Assembly: GCF_000017845.1 (NCBI RefSeq)
Contig: NC_010546.1
Span: 3,120,001 to 3,152,000, forward strand
Origin: Crocosphaera subtropica ATCC 51142
GTDB taxonomy: Bacteria > Cyanobacteriota > Cyanobacteriia > Cyanobacteriales > Microcystaceae
Direction: 5' to 3'
DNA length: 32,000 bases
The position numbers were made by a program, and so were the translations under genes. Shown piece by piece: positions 25,832 through 32,000 of this stretch (the first letter of the stretch is position 1; every line of letters begins with the position of its first letter). The notes under the pieces were generated by a model. The model made no database searches, was not told where the DNA came from, and was given only the letters and a program-made list of their open reading frames with translations.

Positions 25832-27541
25832 TCAGGAGAGGGGATCACGTGATCCGAAAAACTCCCATGTGCCTTTTTTCTCTAGTTTCAAAACCTGTTG
25901 ATGGTATTTTAATAGACTCGAACGATGACCGACACTAATAAAAGTAATTGAGGTATTTTGTAGCTGTTGATAAAGCTGTTCTTCATTGTTACTATCTAAG
26001 GCACTGGTGGCTTCATCTAAAATGGCATAATCGGGTTCAATGACAAATAAACGGGCAAAGGCTAAACGTTGTTGTTCTCCGAGAGATAACACTTTTGTCC
26101 AATCTTCTACTGCATCTAACCCCCCAAATTTATGGTGAAGATCGGGTAAGTTTACCCGTTGTAAAAGGTTGAGAAGTTTCTCATCTTTTACCTGGCTATC
26201 AATGTTAGGATAAAGCAATTGAGTTCGCAACGATCCCATTGGCATATAGGGACGTTGAGGTAAAAATAATAATTGTTGCCGTTGAGGGCGTTTGATCGTT
26301 CCCTTTCCTGATCGCCAAAGTCCTCCTAATGCTCTTAATAAGGAACTTTTTCCTACCCCACTGTCCCCCATAATTAATAAACTTTGAACAGACTGCAAAC
26401 TGAGGGACAAGTTTTTAATTAATGTCTTTTGATAGTCAGGGGTATTTAACGTTAATTTCTCGATGCTTAGATCCGATGATTCCAGGGTTTTAATGGTACT
26501 ATTTTCATTAACAGATGTGTCAGGAGATTTTTTAAAAAACCAGAATAAACTATCTATCCGTTGGATACCTGAGCCTAAAGCACTTAATTGTTCAAACTGA
26601 GTCACAATTAAGGTTAAAGCGATTAAAATACTTCTAAATGCTGTTGCTGCTTTACTAAATTCCCCAATTTCTAAGTCTCCTGATAAAATTCGTGGTGCAA
26701 GAAGCAACCCAGGTAATAAAAAAGTAATATATTGATAACCATTTTGAAATAAGTTTAAATTCAACTGCCAACGAATTAAATGATTAAAGTTATTAAAAAC
26801 AGCTAAAAATCGTTGTTGGATTTGCTGTAACTCTTGGTCTTGTCCTTGATAAAAAGCAATGGCTTCGGCGTTTTCTCTCACTCGCACTAAGCTAAACCGA
26901 AAGTTTGCTTCTCGTTTGAGTTGTTCAAAATTAATCCCTACTAAAATGCGCCCAAAAACAACCACGGTAACAAGGGTTCCTCCAATGGCATAAATTAGCA
27001 AAAAACTCGTCAAAACCTGAGAAATAGCCCACAAAACTCCAATAAACCCCAATAATTGAAGAATTGAATCAAACATGATTACTAAAAAATTCAGAGACTG
27101 TTGGGTAAACGTTTTAATATCCTCAGCAATGCGTTGATCGGGATTATCTAATTCGGGATAAAAAGTCATTTGATAATAATCTTGATCCTTTAAATAACGA
27201 TCTAAAACATTAAAGGTTAACCAACGTCGCCAGTATAAACTCAGTTTCCCTTGGATAAAACTTTTGGCAGACAAAAGAGGAACACCGATAACAATAATAC
27301 CGATAAAGATAATAATGGATTGAGTAAATCTTCCCGACTCACCACTGGCTAAAGAAGACGTTACTTCTCCCAAAAAAATACTAAAAAGAATTAATAACAC
27401 TGCTCCTAAAAATGATAGTAACAACAACAAAAATAATAAAGTAATTGCCCCCCATTTTTCCTCAGAAAACCAATAAGGTTTAGCAATTTCCCAAAATTGT
27501 CGCCACCATCGCAAATTCCATCGTCTCACAGTAGTTTTCAT
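25832..27541 (-). CDS. ABC half transporter, ABCD/SbmA-BacA (ABC_membrane_2) family, copy 1.
   Basis: 569 aa. PYWFSEEKWGA, YYQM...LDNPDQRIAEDIKTFTQQ and ENAEAIAFYQGQ are hallmarks of the ABCD/YddA/SbmA-type TMD. NBD motifs: GDSGVGKSS, LSLGEQQRLAFARL, AILDEATSALD, SVGHR. Confidence 0.85.
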   Translation of the reverse strand: MKTTVRRWNLRWWRQFWEIAKPYWFSEEKWGAITLLFLLLLLSFLGAVLLILFSIFLGEVTSSLASGESGRFTQSIIIFIGIIVIGVPLLSAKSFIQGKLSLYWRRWLTFNVLDRYLKDQDYYQMTFYPELDNPDQRIAEDIKTFTQQSLNFLVIMFDSILQLLGFIGVLWAISQVLTSFLLIYAIGGTLVTVVVFGRILVGINFEQLKREANFRFSLVRVRENAEAIAFYQGQDQELQQIQQRFLAVFNNFNHLIRWQLNLNLFQNGYQYITFLLPGLLLAPRILSGDLEIGEFSKAATAFRSILIALTLIVTQFEQLSALGSGIQRIDSLFWFFKKSPDTSVNENSTIKTLESSDLSIEKLTLNTPDYQKTLIKNLSLSLQSVQSLLIMGDSGVGKSSLLRALGGLWRSGKGTIKRPQRQQLLFLPQRPYMPMGSLRTQLLYPNIDSQVKDEKLLNLLQRVNLPDLHHKFGGLDAVEDWTKVLSLGEQQRLAFARLFVIEPDYAILDEATSALDSNNEEQLYQQLQNTSITFISVGHRSSLLKYHQQVLKLEKKGTWEFFGSRDPLS

Positions 27542-27574
27542 AATAATAAACTAAAGATACCGTAAACCCTGTCA

Positions 27575-29284
27575 CTATCTAGAGGGACTTAACCGCCACC
27601 CCTTTTCTCCTTTTAGTTCTAAAACTTGGTGATGATACTTAAATAAAGTTGCACGATGACCGACACTAACAAAGGTTATGGATAACCCTGTCAGTTGTTC
27701 ATACAAAAAAGCTTCATTGGCTTCATCAAGCGCACTGGTTGCCTCATCTAAGATTACATATTTTGGTTTAATTAGCCATAAACGAGCAAAGGCCAAGCGT
27801 TGTTGTTCTCCTGGGGAAAGAATTTGGGTCCAGTTCATAACTTCCTCAAAAGACGTAACTCGATTGATTAAGCCTTCTAAATTAACAAAGTTAAGAATCT
27901 TTAGCAACTGTTGATCGCTTATTTCCTTAGCCGAATTCGGATAAAATAGTTGATGACGCAAGGAACCCACTGGTAAATAGGGACGTTGGGGCAAAAATAG
28001 CATTTCTTCCCGTCTCGGTAGAGCGATCGCTCCGGTTCCACAATGCCATAACCCTGCCATTGAGCGCAATAAAGAGCTTTTTCCGACCCCACTATCACCA
28101 ATAATTAATAAAGATTGACCCAAGGAAATGTTTAGAGAAATATCTTTGATCAGGGTTCTTTGATAATTAGGGGTAAATAGGGTAATATTTTTTAGAGTTA
28201 AGTTCTCACTTTCTTGGATATTAATACTAGGATAATCCCTATTTTGACCAGAAATTGACCATTTTTCTAAGGTCGCTAAGCGATTAACACTCGCTGCAAA
28301 AACACTTAATTTATCAAACTGATTAATCACTAGACTTAAGGAAAAGCCAATACGTTCAAAAGCTGCTTGAGATTGGGTTACAGCCCCGATTTCTAGTTCT
28401 CCTGAAAAGAGACGGGGAGCCAAAACTATAAAGGGAAGAATAAATGTCAAATATTGATAGCCATTTTGAAAAAGATTAAGATTAAATTGCCAACGCAATA
28501 AACGATTAAAATTTTGAAAGGCTTCTATAAATTGCTGTTTAATGTGTTTCTTCTCAGGATTTTGTCCTTGATAAAAGGCAATAGCTTCAGCATTTTCTCG
28601 AATCCTAACCAACCCAAATCGAAAATCTGCTTCTCGTTTTAATTGTTCAATATTAATCCGAGTTAAAACACGACCAAAAGCAATGATAACAAATCCCGTT
28701 CCTAAAACGGCATAAGCTAACAAAAAAAACATTAATGCTTTAGAAACTGACCAGAGAAGAATAGTAAATCCAATAAGTTGTACAATAGAATCTAAAAAAG
28801 TGGTAAAAAAATAGATAGATTGTTGTGTAAAAACTTTAATATCTTCACTAATACGCTGATCGGGATTATCTAGTCTCTCATCTAAACTTAAATGATAGAA
28901 TTTATTCTCAGTAAAATATTCAGATAAAAAATAATGGGTTAGCCATCGTCGCCAATAAAGACTTAACTGATTTTGAACATATTGGTTAAATGCCAAGGAG
29001 GGAACTCCCAAGATAATTAAGCCTAAAAATATCAAAACAGCTTGAAAAAAACGTTGATAACTTCCCGATACAAGGGCAGAAATAAACTCGCCCCGTTGTA
29101 AACTTTCTAACACTAAAAAGATACTACTACTGAATGATAGCAATAAGACTAAACAGAATAGTCCCCTAGCTCCCCATTTTTCCTCAGAAAACCAGTAAGG
29201 GAAAGCCACTAAGTAACTTTGCTGAATTATTTGACGAGCTAATTTTTGTATTCGTTTTCGCCAAGATTGCTGATGGTTAAGCAT
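27575..29284 (-). CDS. ABC half transporter, ABCD/SbmA-BacA (ABC_membrane_2) family, copy 2.
   Basis: 569 aa, a paralogue of the neighbouring gene (roughly half of residues identical by eye). Motifs: PYWFSEEKWGA, LDNPDQRISEDIKVFTQQ, ENAEAIAFYQGQ, GDSGVGKSS, LSPGEQQRLAFARL, VILDEATSALD, SVGHR. Confidence 0.85.
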   Translation of the reverse strand: MLNHQQSWRKRIQKLARQIIQQSYLVAFPYWFSEEKWGARGLFCLVLLLSFSSSIFLVLESLQRGEFISALVSGSYQRFFQAVLIFLGLIILGVPSLAFNQYVQNQLSLYWRRWLTHYFLSEYFTENKFYHLSLDERLDNPDQRISEDIKVFTQQSIYFFTTFLDSIVQLIGFTILLWSVSKALMFFLLAYAVLGTGFVIIAFGRVLTRINIEQLKREADFRFGLVRIRENAEAIAFYQGQNPEKKHIKQQFIEAFQNFNRLLRWQFNLNLFQNGYQYLTFILPFIVLAPRLFSGELEIGAVTQSQAAFERIGFSLSLVINQFDKLSVFAASVNRLATLEKWSISGQNRDYPSINIQESENLTLKNITLFTPNYQRTLIKDISLNISLGQSLLIIGDSGVGKSSLLRSMAGLWHCGTGAIALPRREEMLFLPQRPYLPVGSLRHQLFYPNSAKEISDQQLLKILNFVNLEGLINRVTSFEEVMNWTQILSPGEQQRLAFARLWLIKPKYVILDEATSALDEANEAFLYEQLTGLSITFVSVGHRATLFKYHHQVLELKGEKGWRLSPSR

Positions 29285-29527
29285 AATAGAGAGTTATCCT
29301 GAATCAAAATTTCTTTGAAAAAAAAAGAGAAGGAAAAAAAAGATATTTTTAACAACAATGTTTGAAATTAATATCAGTTCATCTATTTTGATTAGAAGTT
29401 GACAATAGTTTGCAATTACAAAAAAAGATGGACGTTTGGTTGATTTTTAGCTATTCTTGAAGTAGAAAGAAATATTCTAAGAATAAAGTATAGCTTAAGA
29501 ATTTTATTGGGTTAGGTAAACTGAGAT

Positions 29528-30505
29528 ATGAATGAATCAAAAAGTTTTCTCGAACCAATAACAAGCTTTGATTATGAAGCTTTAGAGAGAGAACAAGGAC
29601 AAACAATTCAACAGTTGACGCAAGAAATCAGAGATTGTTTGCGCCGTTCAGCCCAAGACATTTGGGAAATTGGACAAAAACTCGCTGATGTTCGCGATCG
29701 CCTCAAATACGGTCAATTTGACACCTGGTTAAAAGTTGAATTTGGTTGGAGCCGTCGCACCGCCTATAATTTTATCAGTGTTTATCAAACTTTTGGTGAA
29801 CGTGCAAATCTTGCACAGGTAGATATTGCCACCTCGGCCCTCTATTTGTTGGCCGCCCCTTCTACACCGCAAAAAGTACGGGAAGAATTTTTACAAAAAG
29901 CCCAAGCAGGGCAAACCATTACCCACAAACAACTGTCTGAGGTAATTCAAAAAGAAAAATCCCAATCCAAGGCAGAGTCTTCCCCTGACAATAAGGAAGA
30001 AAAAGCAGTCTCTATTAAGCCTGAGATTGTGAACATTATCCCAAAAGCCAACCCCCCAGTTGTATCTACCAGCGAAAGCGAAACCGTTTCTTCTGAGTCA
30101 CAGGCTTCTTCTTCAACCGTAAAAACCATCGAGACGATTCAAGGGGGATGGCATCGTCTAGGAGAACAGCATTTTCTCTTTTGTGGCGATACAGCCTCTT
30201 CGGCCTTTGCTACTCGTATTCCCTATGCTTCGTTGGCGATCGCCATTACTGCCGAAGACTGGGATCATGATTGGTTGGTAGAAAAAGCAAAATCTGTGAT
30301 GATTTTCCCGGAATCTGACTACAAACCCGGTTTAATTGAACAATTAATCACTTTATTTACCCAACCAGGGGAAACCGTTATTTTTCCCTGGTTACCCAAC
30401 CCCGACATGATCACCATTGCCCATCAATTAAACCGTAAAATTTTTGCAGGAGATCCCAACCGTCAACGGTGTCAGTTAGCCATAGAACAGAGTAACCACT
30501 TCTAA
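29528..30505 (+). CDS. DUF3102-domain protein with a C-terminal degenerate methyltransferase-like region.
   Basis: The N-terminal WEIGQKLADVRDRLKYGQFDTWLKVEFGWSRRTAYNFISVYQTFG matches the DUF3102 pattern (phage/plasmid associated). A Ser/Glu-rich linker follows. The C-terminal WHRLGEQHFLFCGDTASSAF resembles the W.LG.HRLLCGDS entry motif of ParB-linked N4/N6 DNA methylases, but no (D/N)PPY follows. Confidence 0.7.
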   Translation: MNESKSFLEPITSFDYEALEREQGQTIQQLTQEIRDCLRRSAQDIWEIGQKLADVRDRLKYGQFDTWLKVEFGWSRRTAYNFISVYQTFGERANLAQVDIATSALYLLAAPSTPQKVREEFLQKAQAGQTITHKQLSEVIQKEKSQSKAESSPDNKEEKAVSIKPEIVNIIPKANPPVVSTSESETVSSESQASSSTVKTIETIQGGWHRLGEQHFLFCGDTASSAFATRIPYASLAIAITAEDWDHDWLVEKAKSVMIFPESDYKPGLIEQLITLFTQPGETVIFPWLPNPDMITIAHQLNRKIFAGDPNRQRCQLAIEQSNHF

Positions 30506-30575
30506 TATGAAATCCTCTTGAATACCATACGTTAAAATAGGGTAAGCAAGGGAAGCGGAGGAGGCAGAGGGAGTA
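30506..30575 (+). repeat. Dispersed intergenic repeat, copy C (partial, same orientation as copy A).
   Basis: atatgaaatcctcttgaataccatacgttaaaatagggtaagcaagggaagcggaggaggcagaggg aligns by eye with 1368..1425 of copy A. Confidence 0.65.
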
Positions 30576-30636
30576 GGGAGAATAGTTTAAGCCTTTGTAT
30601 TAAAAAAGCAAATACCCTGTTTAAATGCACAATAGC

Positions 30637-32000
30637 TTACTCCAAATCTGATAAAAAGTCCTCAAGTTCTTCTTGGGTAAAATCCATTTTGGGAAAATCA
30701 AGGGGGGTATAATTTCTGTCTTCGGAAAATAAACAATAATCGATCATTTGTCGTAATATTTGACTGAAGTTTTGCATTAAATTATCAATGGTTGTTTGAC
30801 GATACATTGAACGACTATATGTCCAATCAACTCGTAATTGATGATTAATAATTAGGCTGTTTATTTCAATTAAAGAACTTCTGCGATCGTGTGGACTTCT
30901 TGCGGTTCCACTGGATTCTGGGGCGGGTTTAAAGGGTGATTCTGAGGGAAATAGGCGATCAAATTGTCCAAAATAATTAAAGCGAATGTCTGCCTGGGGG
31001 AGACTTTTTAGTTGTTTTTGAATTGCTTCATTACCTAAGTAACGTAAGATTCCGTAACCGATGCCGTGATCAGGAATATTGTTTAGTTGTTCTTTTATTT
31101 GGATAATAGATTCTAGAAAGGTTTCTGCTTGACTTAAATCGAATACGACAGGGAATAGGGTGGTAAACCAGCCAATAGTACGGGATAAGTTGATATCTTC
31201 AAATAAGTCTTCCCTCCCGTGTCCTTCTAATTCTATGAGTAATTTGTGTTGTCCTGTTAAGGCTTCAAAGGTTTGGACTAAAGCAGCAATTAAAACTTCA
31301 TTAATTTGGGTTTGATAACGACTAGGAATTTCTTGAAGTAATCTTTGTGTGTCTTCTTGACTAAGAGTTATAGAAAGGGTTTTAGCCTCAGCCATTGTAT
31401 TTTTTCCTGTGGGAAAATCAACGGGTAAACTAGGAATTGGATCTTGAAAAAGTTTTATCCAATTGGATAATTTTCCTTGCAGTAATTCAGAATTAGCATA
31501 GGTTTGTAATCGTTCTACCCAATATTTGAAAGAGGTGGTTTTTGGTGGCAATAATATTGTTTTATTCTGATTCAATTGCCGATAAGCCGTTTGTAAATCT
31601 TCTAAGAAAATGCGCCAAGAAATTCCATCAATTACCAGATGGTGCATAATTAATAATAAGCGACTACTGCGATGATTTCCTAAATTAAACCAAGCTACTC
31701 TTATTAAGGGATCTGAATTTAAAGAAAAGCTAGATTGGAGTTGAGTTGCTGCTCTAGAAATCGCTAATTCTAAACCTTGATCGGGTAAGGTTGAAAAATC
31801 AATTTCGATAAAGGGAATAACCTCATTAAAACTGTTATTGATTTGTTGCCAACCCAACTCTGTTGGTTCAAAACGTAAACGCAAAGCATCATGATGTTCT
31901 AATAATTTGGCGATCGCCTGTTGTAAATTCTGAGGATCAACCCTCTGCTGAATTTCTAATAAAATGGCTTGATTCCAATGATGAGGATCGCTTAAATTTT
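30637..32000 (-). CDS. NRPS C-terminal part (epimerization domain plus a COM-donor-like tail). The 5' end lies beyond the window end.
   Basis: The track ORF begins at an internal TTG. My translation of 31885-32000 stays open (..NLSDPHHWNQAILLEIQQRVDPQNLQQAIAKLLEHHDALRLRFEP..). E-domain motif HHLVIDGISWRIFLEDL. About 50% identical by eye to the E domain at 4694-6080. Ends ..YTPLDFPKMDFTQEELEDFLSDLE*. Confidence 0.9.
   Translation of the reverse strand, partial: NLSDPHHWNQAILLEIQQRVDPQNLQQAIAKLLEHHDALRLRFEPTELGWQQINNSFNEVIPFIEIDFSTLPDQGLELAISRAATQLQSSFSLNSDPLIRVAWFNLGNHRSSRLLLIMHHLVIDGISWRIFLEDLQTAYRQLNQNKTILLPPKTTSFKYWVERLQTYANSELLQGKLSNWIKLFQDPIPSLPVDFPTGKNTMAEAKTLSITLSQEDTQRLLQEIPSRYQTQINEVLIAALVQTFEALTGQHKLLIELEGHGREDLFEDINLSRTIGWFTTLFPVVFDLSQAETFLESIIQIKEQLNNIPDHGIGYGILRYLGNEAIQKQLKSLPQADIRFNYFGQFDRLFPSESPFKPAPESSGTARSPHDRRSSLIEINSLIINHQLRVDWTYSRSMYRQTTIDNLMQNFSQILRQMIDYCLFSEDRNYTPLDFPKMDFTQEELEDFLSDLE

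Noticed and set aside
25801-25840. A possible terminator hairpin (CCTGcttgtCAGG next to a T6 run) between the convergent hicA and ABCD genes.
   Set aside because: The stem is only 4 bp. The T-run precedes the hairpin on the plus strand and reads as an A-run on the minus strand, so it fits neither gene as an intrinsic terminator.
22688-28101. Nested or antisense ORFs 22688..22903, 25747..25938, 27678..27914, 27919..28101, and also 29947..30129.
   Set aside because: Same reasoning as above. They overlap well-supported transporter or DUF3102 genes and have no motifs. ORF 25747..25938 runs antisense into the 3' end of the ABCD gene.
1-32000. CRISPR array, tRNA or rRNA genes, transposase or integrase.
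   Set aside because: The repeats present are heptamer tandems or dispersed single copies without regular repeat-spacer periodicity. The intergenic regions are short and AT-rich and have no cloverleaf-like GC-rich segments. No ORF shows DDE, tyrosine or serine recombinase motifs.

Overview
This window is almost certainly cyanobacterial. The HIP1 octamer GCGATCGC occurs about 24 times by my eye count, against fewer than 1 expected at roughly 40% GC. It is part of a non-ribosomal peptide synthetase (NRPS) gene cluster read almost entirely on the minus strand.

Three NRPS genes are present:
- The 3' end of one gene that finishes with an epimerization (E) domain (30637..>32000).
- A complete 2558-aa C-A-T-C-A-T-E gene (4694..12370). 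My hand-derived specificity codes are closest to Gly and Val, so D-Val after the E domain.
- The 5' end of a third gene (<1..1265).

An unusually dense set of transport genes sits between and around them:
- exbB-exbD-tonB plus an MFS gene.
- A MacB/FtsX-type permease plus an ABC ATPase, translationally coupled to an 814/824-aa DUF4347/Calx-beta-like/DUF4114 protein that has no signal peptide.
- An HlyD adaptor plus a 1007-aa ABC exporter carrying cNMP-binding-like and C39-like domains. By my alignment, both domains lack their key residues.
- An EntS-like MFS.
- Two tandem ABCD/SbmA-BacA-type half transporters.

Also present are a sucrase/ferredoxin-like (Apd1/Aim32-type Cys2His2 [2Fe-2S]) protein, a hicBA toxin-antitoxin pair sitting directly on the frameshifted tail of a restriction-modification-type methyltransferase, and a DUF3102 protein.

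Several small repeat families occur in intergenic DNA. These are a ~100-bp dispersed element, STRR-like heptamers and G/C hairpins. Strikingly, the heptamers and hairpins also occur in frame inside the NRPS coding sequence.

I saw no rRNA, tRNA, CRISPR array, transposase or integrase. All functional calls rest on motif recognition by eye, and no database search was run.
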